Assembly: GCA_964035545.1 (NCBI GenBank)
Contig: OZ037768.1
Coordinates: 10,944,741 to 11,008,740, forward strand
DNA from: Bugula neritina
Lineage: Eukaryota; Animalia; Bryozoa
Length of the DNA stretch: 64,000 nucleotides
Direction: 5' to 3'
The first letter of the stretch is position 1. The number at the start of each line of letters is the position of its first letter. Below are positions 12,301-24,183 of the stretch, one piece after another. The translations under genes were made by a program, and so were the position numbers. The notes under the pieces were generated by a model. That model worked only from the letters and a program-made list of their open reading frames with translations, made no database searches and was not told where the DNA came from.

Positions 12301-13524
12301 TTTACTGGTTTTTAAGTTATCATACTATTATAACTTATATTATATTAAGCACCTGTGTGCATTAAGGAAATAGATGAAACCTTGCATTCGGACGATACAG
12401 TTCGATGATAAAAATCAATTATGGAGACTTAAAGTGATAACAGATTATTTGAAGGCTTGTAAAAAGACTACACACTCTCTAAAATACTCAATATTGCAGT
12501 TCCTAAACATATTATTGCACCTTATTGCATATGTTTCTAAATGAAGCATGGTAGATTAACTGTCAAGTATGAAAAAGATGAAAAACATTAAACATTTCGT
12601 TATTTGATGCGCTTTAGTGAAATTGCATCATAAAAGAGAATATTCTTAAAAGGTGAAATATTGTGTTGTTTATTCAAAACTATTTTACACACTCATACTG
12701 AAGGCCTAGATCTATGCATTGAAAAAGAATGTCCACACACTTTATTTTACTCTACATTTCTATTTTAGGCACAATTCCTGGTGCAAGTAAATTGGAATAC
12801 GCATAATTACAGTGAATCATATGGTATACGCAGATAGTACATAATAAAACACGACTAATTATATTGATACTTTACATTTATAACTCAATTGTAACAAATA
12901 GGTGACTTTTAGCTCTACTGAAGGTGCTACAAACTTCAGGTTACAGCAATTATTATAGATGTACTAATGTATGTCATTTTCCTAGAAAACAAAAGTTTGC
13001 GATGATATGTTATTTAATGAAAGACAATGTATGCTTTTATTCAACACTTGGCATGAGAGAGATGAAAATGTTTGTCACTTTCAGATCCATTTTATTCACA
13101 AGACACACACACACACGTACACGCACACGCACACGCACACGCACACGCCACACACGCCACACACGCCACACACACACCACACACCACACACGCTAATAGC
13201 CGTATCACAAGCATTTTATTTAAATGAAAGAAATTTTAAGGTAAAAGTCAATTCAAACATATAGACAGTTCAGTTGTATTTATTGCGTGGATTTTTACTA
13301 CAATCAACAAGGTAGAACAACTTAGTTGATGAGTACTGTGGTTATCACACTAAACACACACCTTATAACATATTATACACTACTCGTACAACACGTGAGG
13401 CCAAGCTGCATATATATTTAGTGTATTTGGGTAACTTACCTGCATGACCTTGATGACCTAACAAGTTGCAGTTTGCTAAACTCCATGTGCTTATCAAGCT
13501 AATAAATGTTAACATAAAATTCAT
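3376..13524 (-). CDS. Single-pass membrane receptor with two tandem Venus flytrap (ANF_receptor / mGluR-like) modules, about 15 exons
   Basis: Signal-peptide exon 13440-13524 (MNFMLTFISLISTWSLANC). VFT1 exons at ~11974-12136, 10823-10966, 9642-9797, 9027-9265 (AIAELAVKLNFDYVSV..FVCVE) and 8362-8735. Linker at ~7956-8122. VFT2 exons at ~7304-7602 (IGLLIFDTC; VVGLVGDYSS), 6895-7130 (QVSYGASTSKL..FLRVQPS..SEYG), 6385-6541, 6051-6232 and 4963-5752 (NLWF; TM LFLVALGVPLSLFVIVTGILLAVVL then RQRLKK). Phase-1 tail exons at ~4227-4295, 3827-4069 and 3376-3653 end in TAA, overlapped by AATAAA. Confidence 0.8.
4377..4675. repeat. (GTA/GCA)n trinucleotide-type microsatellite, intronic
   Basis: Read directly; it lies between the TM exon and the next tail exon. 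Confidence 0.95.
6603..6757. mobile_element. Palindromic tRNA-derived element (two inverted SINE-head halves)
   Basis: The left arm ...gatgtaatggttagggcaccagcttgcaagttggacgtctgcgg pairs imperfectly with the right arm ccgcagacttctgacttacaaactggtgggctaaccattacacc, centred on CTCGAA. Confidence 0.7.
11033..11130 (+). mobile_element. tRNA-derived SINE-like head, same family as 6603-6757
   Basis: Same tgtagtgttgag leader. A-box tggtgtagtgg, anticodon-like arm cctgcttgccagctgg and B-box-like ggtttgaatccc. Confidence 0.65.
13103..13192. repeat. CA/CACG microsatellite
   Basis: Read directly. Confidence 0.95.
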
Positions 13525-15469
13525 GCTAGAAAAATAAGTTAGGCGTAATTAGAACCCTTTCACTTCTTACTAGCCTACATAGAAGTCACGTAACCTTCTA
13601 AACTGTGTAATCAGATTATAAATGAAGCGAAATGTCATATAGTACATAACACCATACTACTAAGTACCATGGTAAGTGAAGGGTGACTTACATTAAATGG
13701 TTTTAGAAGGATTTGAAACGTGATTCATTACATCCCAGGTAAAATAGTTCCAACAAGGAAGTAAAATATAAAGATCTAACAGGAGTTTATGTCTCCCAGT
13801 GGTAAGTAGAGACAGTGAAATGGAATATGAATATATGGTAAGATTTATAGTCTCTCATAGGCATTGAAGCTTATGCTTATAGTGACATACTCTAGAAAGC
13901 TTTAGTTAAGCTGAGCTTTGTGGTTAATTATTTAGTATGTCATTTTCAAGCGATCAGAAATCCCAAATCATTTCAGTACATACTCGCACAAAATTCATTA
14001 TAAAACAAAATTATTTAGGCATTCAACCTTAGAGCAGTATGCAAATAAAAACTAACATATAAAAGCATATTTTAGTATTGCATAAGTGAAGTGTGTCAGG
14101 GGTTCTTTAACTCAATGAAAGGCCACTGTTACAAGTTTTCTTTCATAACTAGGCACATTATTGACTGTAATTGAAATATTGAGTTCCCATGAATTTCTTT
14201 GCCATAGGTAATTGTGGAAGGCCAAAGATTTACCAAAATAATTTGTGTGCTGATTCTTTATGCCTTAACATTCAACCAGTTGGCTGGGTGAGAGACCTAA
14301 ATAAGTGAAGCCAATGATGAAGAATGCATAACATGACATCATATTTAATACTAAATATTTGATTCACGTGGGTATGTGTGGCTGGTTACTAGCTACTAAT
14401 ATTATCAAGGAAGGCGTTTTAATCAAGTACATGAGTGAGATTATTCACTAGTATAAAGTTTTCTAGCATTTCGTAGCATGCTATAGCAATGAGTAGTATT
14501 TTCTAAGATATTTTAACACCATAACATAGTGTATTCTATAAACATGCTGTAGCACTACATAGCTTTATTTATCATGTTCTATATTCTGTTCAAGAATTTC
14601 AAGTTAAACTTTGCTTCAAGCAATTTACTTTCAGATGAAATTATTAGATTGCACAAGCAAGAACCTTAGCCTAAATTTTATAATATATTTATTAAAAATA
14701 GAAATCATATTTAGGACAAAAACTCAATGGTTTTCAGGATACAAGATTTTAAAAACTGATCAAAGGATGCTTATTCACAAGTAATTTCTTCAACAATGAA
14801 TTTATTGAGTGAGCTGCAGCATTTTTGTAGTCAAATCTCAGTATTGGTGAGCAACAACTAAAGTTTGATACTGTGAGAGACGGCTTTATAGACTGAGCAG
14901 GCCAAGCTGTGGGAGTTGTCAGTCCGTATGGTACGACTAAACGCTGAATACTGATATACCAGGAAGTAGAACTGAACTATTTGTTCTGCCATTTTTATTT
15001 TGCTACTTTATTACTTTTATTGTGCATTTTTAAACATTATATCCATAGAAATAACAGCTTGAGCTATAAAAGCCTTTATGCAATTGCTAATAATGCAAAC
15101 AAAAACTTGAATAGACAACTCTAAAACACTAAAATGCAAAAATCTAGATTATCTAAATTCAAAGGCACTCTGCTTCAATTAGATTATAGCATTGCCAAAA
15201 AGAAAAATCATTACTGCAATAGAATTTTTTTAGCAAAAATGTGTTTTTTCCACGAGTACAAGAAAACTATTGTATACTGCCCAAAATTAGGTAATATAAG
15301 TTATAAATGCTGATTATGCAAAAAGATTGATGAATTTTGTAGTTCCACCTACAAGGAAAAAAAGGTGAATTCAGTTAACTCTGCTTAACCGAGAGGCGGG
15401 TTGAGGTTGGAACGTAGTTGCTTTACTCCTCTTGTTGTCACGTACTTTGTGATTCGCTGCCTGGTCTTT

Positions 15470-16436
15470 CTAGCTCTCAGTTTGGAAGTCAGCATTGGCC
15501 TTCTTCTGAATGTTGCATTCATCACCAAGAAGGTTTCGTGCATTTCTTTGTAATGATAAATTCCCTTGTCGTTCCAGCGTATCTTGACCAATGAGAGGGT
15601 CAATTTTCTGATAACTTTTCATATAACTTTCTACGGCAACATTGAATGATTCTTTTGTATACAGTGAAAATAGCATCATTTTATTATATAGAAACACATA
15701 TTTTTATTGATTTGAAAGCAACTGGTAAAATATTATGCTGATGCAAATGAAATACAAGAAAAGCTGTACTTGTTGAAATGATCTATAAGCATCCCAAGTT
15801 GAGTGTGGATGAGTGCACTATAGTTTGAACTTTGGAGCCTTGAGCTCAGAGTTGGGGGTTCAAAGTTCCAACATAAACCTCTAACTCCAATCTTGAAAAT
15901 CCCAAATTAATGCTCTCAGTCACCCCCAACTCAGAGCTGCTGTTAGAAAGATTCAAAATAGCCAATTGACCAAAGTATCATCTGAGTGCTTAATTAATAA
16001 ACACTTTATGCTCACCCTCATCAGACAAGAAGTTTCCAGAGTTTCCCCGGATTCTAGAGAGAGTATTTGAGATATAGTTGCTATGAATGGTACTGGGACC
16101 TGGAGATGGATAGACTGTAGACACTGGTTGTCTGCTGAAAATTGGTGTTGTGCTAACCCCCTTTGAAACACTTCCTTGTTGCTCTTCGGTTTCTTGAACG
16201 GTAGGTTCAAAGGCTAAATTATCTGCTGAATACATACAACTTGATGGCAATAATTAAAAGTATAAGTTCTTTGATTACACCTATTTGTATGTAGCTCTAA
16301 AGGAAACAAAACATTTTAAATTCTATAAATCAATATGCCTTCCAATTGCATTTTACTGATGGGCAGGACTGAAAGTTTCACCTTCTGCATTTTCCTTTTC
16401 TTTACCATTTGATAAGCTTTTCACAAAAGTTATATC
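15470..16436 (-). CDS. Uncharacterised low-complexity protein (3' exons; start not found)
   Basis: Three phase-1-compatible GT-AG exons at ~16382-16436, ~16016-16223 and 15470-15651, ending ...ADFQTES*. No recognisable domain. Confidence 0.45.
15842..15938. repeat. Short inverted-repeat (MITE-like) element
   Basis: gagctcagagttgggggt ... acccccaactcagagct. A loosely similar palindromic stretch lies at ~60708-60780. Confidence 0.5.
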
Positions 16437-16896
16437 TGTAATTCAAGAAAATAAAATAATTTGATAAAATATGACAATACTATATAAACATGGTATATAT
16501 GCATATAGCAAATAACAAAAGCGCATATTATTAGCATATATAAACACATGACTGCAGTTTAATAAACTAGCAGCTCATGTTTGATCAAATACAGCATCAT
16601 GCATGTTTGCCATTGTTTCAGTTCATCAGCTCGCCGAGGACGCTAGCTGTCCGCATTCTCATAGCTGCGGAGATAGAGCAGACTTGCAATAATGTATAAA
16701 TACACTCACCGCTTCAAAGAGTCGGCTAATAATCCGAGTTAAAATAAATCAAGCTATTTTTATATTTGATGCAACTCAGGCCAATGCTATGCTGTAGTAA
16801 GCCCTGAATATGATGAAATACTTCATTGAAATGTAAAAATTAGCTGTTCAAGCAATTCACTGAACTAACAGCTGATATATAGAATTATTGTAGAGA

Positions 16897-17006
16897 GAAG
16901 CAGTGGTCTAGGGGTTAAAGCCTAGATGGTTTGCCTAGTAAGCACGGAGTCATGGGTTCGGGCCCCAGTAAAGGCCATTGGTCATGTTAGGAAAAGTATC
17001 CAGTCA
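16897..17006 (+). mobile_element. tRNA-derived SINE, possibly with a Meta-type core
   Basis: A-box gtggtctagggg and B-box gggttcgggccc, followed by ggccattggtcatgttaggaaaagtatccagtca. Related fragments at ~46113-46145 and ~51058-51085. Confidence 0.6.
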
Positions 17007-17051
17007 TTGCGAACATACTGTGTGAAATTGTAACTTTATTAAAATGGTGCA

Positions 17052-17350
17052 TATTAGTAATGAGATAAAGAATAAATATAACTAAAAATTTAGATTTTAA
17101 TTAAAAAGAATAGTATATATTATATATATTATATCTAATACAAGTACTCTATTAATGAGAGTGACTAGACAAAGAAAGCCTTGTTGCACTGCAACTATTA
17201 TAATATAAATGTTATGTATTGAAGATAGAAAACATAAGATAAAACTTTTAATGATATACAAAGTGTAACAATTTTTAAATAGCTAGGGTAAGTTCTGTTA
17301 GTACCAAGAAAAACTGAGTAGGTCCTGCATGGGTTAGGCCCTCACTAATA
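17052..17350 (+). repeat. Dispersed repeat; second copy at ~27300-27590
   Basis: Both copies share atacaagtactctattaatga..gactagacaaagaaagccttgttgcactgcaactattataatataaatgttatgtattgaag. Confidence 0.9.
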
Positions 17351-18070
17351 AGTAGATTATAAGACTTACAAGAGTATATGTTAATATAACTAATAGTAAT
17401 TTTACGCTTCATTAGGATGTCTTTTGAGTAAAATTTTAGTTGGCAACTTGAAATAGTTTAAATAAGACAAGGGTGTGTTTTATTAACAAAAGTATATAAC
17501 AATGATAACATAATTATTAAAAACCTAATTTCAATTTCACTGGCACACTTAATATAAATGAGTTGGAATGCGATTTATTTATATACAAAAGCATCACGCT
17601 GATTGTAGAATTTGAGAACATTTAAAAGAGTACAATGTACATATGCAATAAACAAATTATATCCAGTAAAGTGCAGTATCTTATTTACTAATTATACATC
17701 ATGGTTATAGGAAGTAAATGATGACTGAGCTAGATAATACATATGTATTATTAAAAATGTTTTGAAAATAGTTTTCACAAGGTTTATTATATTATTAAGG
17801 TGCATCATAGACGTATAGTGCATAACCACAATGCTTTACTGCATTTAAATCTAGACATTTCAGTTTTCTATTATTACAATTATTTAAATATGTTGCTAAA
17901 ACAACAAAACAAAATATTCAAAAAATGTTCAATAATGAGTGATGACATAATGAATGACACAATGATGCCTTAATTGCACGTTTACTGAGTTAACAAAGTT
18001 GAGGTTTATTGCTGCAACTAAATGTGAACGTTTCATGCTTTTTATGCATCTTTTGGTCATAAAATCAAAT

Positions 18071-20348
18071 ATGTTTTTGCTTCTATTCATCTGTTTGATT
18101 AACCTGCTAGTATCAACTCACCTCGCAGTGGAGCTGTACTGGTAAGTTTTATTATTTTATAAATATAATAACAAGTTAAATAATTTTCTGTTATTCTTAT
18201 CATTTGACAATTTTATGCATGTCAAGGTTTTGATTCAATCTCTTAAAATTTTGTTGTTATTCAACATTGGAAAATATTTACCTAATTGAGTATGATAATT
18301 ATTTGTTACAGTCAATGGGAGGTGATATTCTTTAACTTCATTATACTTGGACTAGTCTTTAAAGAGTATTCTCCACTGAAAACAAAAGCTCTGGACAGTC
18401 AAAGGTAAGATGTTGGTAGTTCAATTATGAAATGGGATGATAAAACTTTCTACAAATATAATACAGCGCAATGCAGCATCTTATTTGTTTAAATAGTGGT
18501 TTAATTACTGACTGCTTGTTTGGCTGCAGCAAGGACAAAAAGAAAAATGATTTGAAGAAAGCTGAGTCACTTTCAACACGTACCCAGTTGTTCTCTTGTG
18601 AAAAGACACCTAACAATTTCAAAGCTGTTGTGAAACCAATCAAAACTCAGGTGTATCAAGAGTTAGGATCATGCACAACCAATAAAGTCAAAAACCAAAT
18701 AAGTGTGATAGATGAGAATTGGCCCTGGAATGAGTGTGGATGTGCAGGTGCCTGCTGGCATGGAAGGTCTACTGCTAACATACCAGTTTCTCTTCCTCCA
18801 CATCCCACAGAGGAATTAGAACCAGAAAAAACAGCACATCACACCAGAAACCCAGCTCCTTTATCGAATCAACCCTCAAAGCCAATAATGCTAGAAGATT
18901 TCCTGAAAAAGTTTGAAGGGACTGGAGCACGCCCAAAATTGCACAAGCTTCACCTTCGCTCTGACATTATTATGCGTAAGTTAAATTAACTACTCACCTA
19001 TTTTTTTCCAGTTTATTACCTTGTTTTAAACTTGGAATTAGTCTATGGTGTCATTTTATACTATCTTTAGTATAAGATTCCACATGAAACCAATTATGGT
19101 AATGCAATGTTACAGCAAACACTGATACGGAACTCTACAAGAAAGTGAAGTCCGCTAAAGATTTCAAGAAAGAGATGAAACAAGCCACTCCCACTAAACT
19201 CACACCAGCAAAGAAAAAATTGCAAGACACACGTACTTCAGGGGAGAAAGTGGAAGTAAACTCATTACCACTTGCCACTATAAAACTCAAGAATTGCAAT
19301 GGTACAATATATTTTCCTTTTGTTGAGCAGTTTCTTAGCTTTGTAAAGAAGAATAACAAATTTATGTATTAAAAAGAGTTCACATTTGAAATTAACTTAC
19401 TGTTATTTCATTAGATGAGATGACAAAGGAGCTTTTGCCACATCCTGTTACACAAAATAAAAAAAATTATGATGGAAACAACAGGTCATCTGTAAAACAC
19501 AATTTTGCACAGAACCACAAAGCTGATGAGGGACAACTTCCACTGTTTCCCAATATGTCTGGTAAATATTAAAGCTAAGAAAGTAATTAAAAAAAAGCAA
19601 AATCTGAAGTAGTTTGAAGTATTAACAGATATAAATGTGATTCTAAGAACTGGTCATACTTTAATCAATACCTAAAATATTACCATGAAAATGTTGGTCC
19701 ACAATTAAGGTCATCCATTATTTTCATCCACACAAATTTGGATAATTTTAATAGCCACTGTTGACTAACAATACAAATTTGATATAAGAAAACAAGGTTT
19801 TTCCCCATATAAATAAGGAAGTATGTAGCTGATGGGCTACAACAAATAAAATATTAGTGTTCAACTAACTGCAACACATTTGATATAATATGTTGCAACA
19901 GAACTTTTACTGGCCGGTGGAGACTCACCCAACTCTCCTCTCAACAGTGTCAGACAAGCAGTGAAGAAGGCCCAACCACTCACTTCGGTTGGATCATCTA
20001 TTAAAGCCCGTAATGGTCAGTATATACAATATAACTTGATTCAGCTAAAAGTTTTATTATAAAAACTTTACTTCCTGATAAATACAGTGAAATAACTCAA
20101 ACTGATATTTTATTCAAAAGCCTTTGTCATTGATATTGAGAAATATTGTAAATGAAGTTGTACTTTGCAAAACGTGAAATGGCCAATAAATAGAACAAAA
20201 CCAATAGGAAGTCAGTATAGATATTAATATATGCCAAAAAATGCTGTATTTTGTAGAGCCTGAATCAGTTCAAGAACCGGTCACACCCCAGAGCCGAAGA
20301 AGTCGATTTTTGAAGTTTTTCTGTTGCTGTGTTCAGAGCAATGAATAA
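18071..20348 (+). CDS. Uncharacterised 7-exon protein: two N-terminal hydrophobic segments, disordered body, C-terminal FFCCC cluster
   Basis: Exons ~18071-18141, 18312-18403, 18530-18975, 19116-19301, 19415-19561, 19901-20015 and 20257-20348 all splice GT-AG in consistent phase with no stops. The protein starts MFLLLFICLINLLVSTHLAVELYCQWEVIFFNFIILGLVFK and ends RRSRFLKFFCCCVQSNE*. Confidence 0.7.
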
Positions 20349-21593
20349 GGTTAGAGCTCAATTTAAATAGAATTTCTAAGAAATTTCAGTTTGTTTTTAT
20401 TTAGAATCTGTTACATGTCATATCAGACTTTTACATTAGCAGTCATATTGCAAACCTGCTTTTTGTTAAAATTCCTATTTTTTTTCTTATTTCATACTCA
20501 ATTTGTTCACTTTAGTGTATATTTCTGTTTACTATCTAGATATTCTACACAAACCATTCCATACTACAGCTAACACTATCAGATGTGTAGATGAACTGCT
20601 CAGTCAACAGATGCCCATAACCTATTCTCTGGAAACTTCGCTGTGACAATTTAATAGATCTCTTTTTGTCTCTTTCTCTATTCCTCTGTTAGGCTGCTCA
20701 GAGACCAAAGCATGCAAATCTACATGCTGTGTTATATACTTTATTGAAGTTTATCTAGCCTGTTTTAGTTGGTTGAAATCTCTCCTATAGTGAAATTTGA
20801 AATCTCTTCTATATGTATTAAACTTTAAATTGTTTTTTTTTCTGAACCATTTATCTTTTGTCAATTTAATATAGGTAAATCAACAAATTAATTAATAATT
20901 GCAGCATATTAATAACTTTGGGTTACTATAAACCAACTTCTTGAAATAACTAGCTTCTCTATTGTAGCAGGTTGTTAGTTCAAAAATATATTATTAAATA
21001 AAATATATTGAATTTATCAAACATAGTAATTTATATACTGTATCTGCTATATACAAACTTTTTGAAAACCAAATCACTACTCATAAACGATCCCTAAACA
21101 ATAATTACACAAAAATGTATTACTTTTATTTCTAGCAAACACATACATCCTCCTGGAATAAAGAAGATTAGCCTATCATTGCAATCAGTGTTTTTCTATT
21201 TTGGAATTTTTAGTAGCTAGAAGCAAAAATTAGGCTTGCTATCTTTCATCCGCTGAAGTAATCACAGCTGCCTTGATGTTGGTGTGCTATCAACATTTTT
21301 ATACATTCAATACATGTTTTCAAATTTTCGTATGCAGAAAATTGTATTAGTAAACAAATATAAACAGAGAAGAAAAGTTCAATTATCAAAACATGTTTGT
21401 TACAGAAATTGAATAAAAATATAAAAATAAAACTTTTATGTTTTAGCTTCATAAGCAATCAACAAAATTATATTATAAGCAAATTAAAACAGCAAATGTG
21501 GGTTAGCAGATTAGCCAGAGAATTAGAATGAAAGCAAACTTGTTGGTTTATAAATCCATGAATTTAGAATGTTCCAGTAGCGAGTCCTTAGAG

Positions 21594-24183
21594 TTAGTAA
21601 TTCCCACTAAATTCCTCAAGCCAGTATCTCACTGCATTTGCCAGAGTAGAAGCAAAGTTTTTCCTGTTTGGTAAACTGCTTCTGACATAAGAATTTGCTT
21701 CAACTTGCATTCCAAATACAGGAGCTGCCATAGAATATCTAAAATAACATAATATAAAGAAACTTCATTAGTTTTTCATGCCGCTATTTCAGTGCTGATT
21801 GGTTCGTGGATGCTAAATTCCAATTTTTTAAAACCTAATAACTGTCGGAACTTATTATTTCTGCCAAAGACAACCTACTATATTTCAACATTTCATTAAG
21901 AAAGTTTTTTGCAAACTATAATTTGCATGTAGCATGAATTACCAGCAAAATAATTATTGGAAAAATAATGATGTTGGTGAGAAAATGTATGTCCAAACTT
22001 GGATATCCATAACTATTTTGCATTTTCATTTGGCTATAAAATAATATTATTATTTAGTCCATAGTTTTACCATAAAGTTATCACAGCATGTTATTACAAA
22101 CATCATTAATTACAGCAAATATCAAGTATAAAATATGATGACATAAGAAACCGTTAGGAGTTGCTTACTCTCGCAGGCTATATCCTCCTCTATACCACTT
22201 CCCTGTTGACGACATCTGGTTAGTTGGAGATGGGACAACTCCAAAACTAGAATTATTTTCTATCAAGCCACCAATAGAATAGTTTCCTCGCACCAGATCT
22301 TCCAACGACTTGCCAGAAACGTTCACCAGATGTCCCAAGGAAGTTTGAGGTGCTTGGCTATTTGGTAGAGTAGGCTGTACCAGTCCTGAAGGTAAGTTGT
22401 TGTCTATTAGATTTCCAATTACAGTTTTGTTATTCCCTGCCTGAAATGATACAAAGTAGACAACTTTAAACAACTAATTCATTTGATCGCAACACATAAT
22501 TTGACCAGTGCTCTTAAAGAATAAATAGCATTGAGATTTTAAAACAAATACGACATGTTGGTTGCTGTTGGTGCACACTATTAGTAAACTCTTCCAGTGA
22601 GTTAGCACAGGAGGCTATACTTAGGCTCTTACAACCTTCATACTTCAATTAGCTTTTTGTTACATTAAAGCAAGTACGAGGACTTCATTCTTGCTACTAA
22701 ACTGCAGCTGAAACCTTGTATATTTACACAGAGCTCTAAAACAATCTATAAACACATCAACACTTAAGCAGTTGCAAGTGTCCAATAAGCATCTGTTGTG
22801 AATCACACTAGTGACCACTATTAGACTATTAGCAGCACTGCCTGAGCCTGAAGTATTTGGATACCAAGATTCATGAATTGGCACGGCGTAAGAAGTTTTC
22901 CTAGAAGCTTATAAAAAATCAGTTGAACACACAACAAAATTATGTGTCACAGTAGGATTTAATTAGAAATTCGAATAACCACTGAAATTTTAAAATTTTA
23001 GAAAAATTACTATTTGTTTTGACTATTTTATTGCAAGTTTACTCTAAAACGTGCCAAATGATCTCTTTATTTCCTGAGTGTGAAAGGTAAAGATCTGAAC
23101 CTAGTAATACCTGGCCATGTATGTCAATGTAGAAAACATTTCTGCTGCCACCATTGCTGCTGTTAACTATAGCTCCATGGATAAAGTCGTGGTACTCGTC
23201 ATAGACAATTTTGGCATTGCTCATTCCAAATGTTGCTTCATTAACCTCTCTGTTGACATCCACTCTTGATCTGTGCAGGTCACAAATGATTACATGTGGC
23301 CTCACTAAAAGAACAAACCTAATTGTAGAACAGCACAAGGTAGTTAATTTTACTAGTGATATTATAGGTCTTTAGTTGTAACATGTGCAATATATTTTAA
23401 AAACGACTAGAAACTGGGTTAAATCAGAACCTCTTCAAGTTAAGACAAACAGCAAAATGATTAACTGTTGAAAATATAGGTACTTTTGCAATTTCTTGCA
23501 TTTACATTGCTGTTGAAAATCACCAGCAAGAGAAAACAACTTTGAAACAAATATAAACTGTGTTCATGTATATAGTTGAGTGATGCTTACCACCATTCAT
23601 ACGAAGTTTAATTCTGTGAGCAAGTAACTTTGCAAGGGAAGAAGTATTTACATCAGCTATAACTCTTGTACCGCATTTATCTATAGAGGTGGTATCAGTG
23701 CAGTTGATGCTGTTATAAGCACATGTGTCATTAGCACTTATGTAACACCCGTTTCCATACCTCTCTCCATATCCTGCTGGCTTTTTATAGCCACTGTGAC
23801 CAGCAGTAATCACCACATCACTGTCTACTAGAAATGGCATGAGAATAAAGATGTAAGCATGTCATAAAATAGTCATTATTGATACACACCAGCATCATTG
23901 AGCTGCAGTGGAAAAGAAAAATACTCTATGAAGGGAGCCAGTTATAACATTCACTACAGCATAGCTATTTTTCTAAGATTTTTTCAAAGCACAGGCTTTT
24001 TAAATAATTGCTGCATATCTATAATACCTGTCACAGCACAGGGTAGTAATGGTTTTATGAGAGAGATGTACAAATGTTAAACTTACCATGACCAACTTCG
24101 TATCTCACCATACCAGATGCTGAATATTGAATTTCATAGCCCTGCACACTCAGTACAAACACCAAAATCAGCAGTAGATGCAT
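21594..24183 (-). CDS. Secreted N-formylglutamate-amidohydrolase-like (Zn-dependent exopeptidase fold) protein, 5 exons
   Basis: Signal peptide MHLLLILVFVLSVQG (24087-24183). Motifs VITAGHSG, ADVNT..LA, RPHVIICDLHRSRVDVNR, YH..I, YIDIHGQ, VRG..SIGGL, VPSP, WYRGGY and MQVE. Ends ...EEFSGNY*. Confidence 0.8.

Noticed and set aside
12924-13264. His/Thr/Arg-rich ORFs
   Set aside because: They are translations of a CA microsatellite inside intron 1 of the VFT gene.
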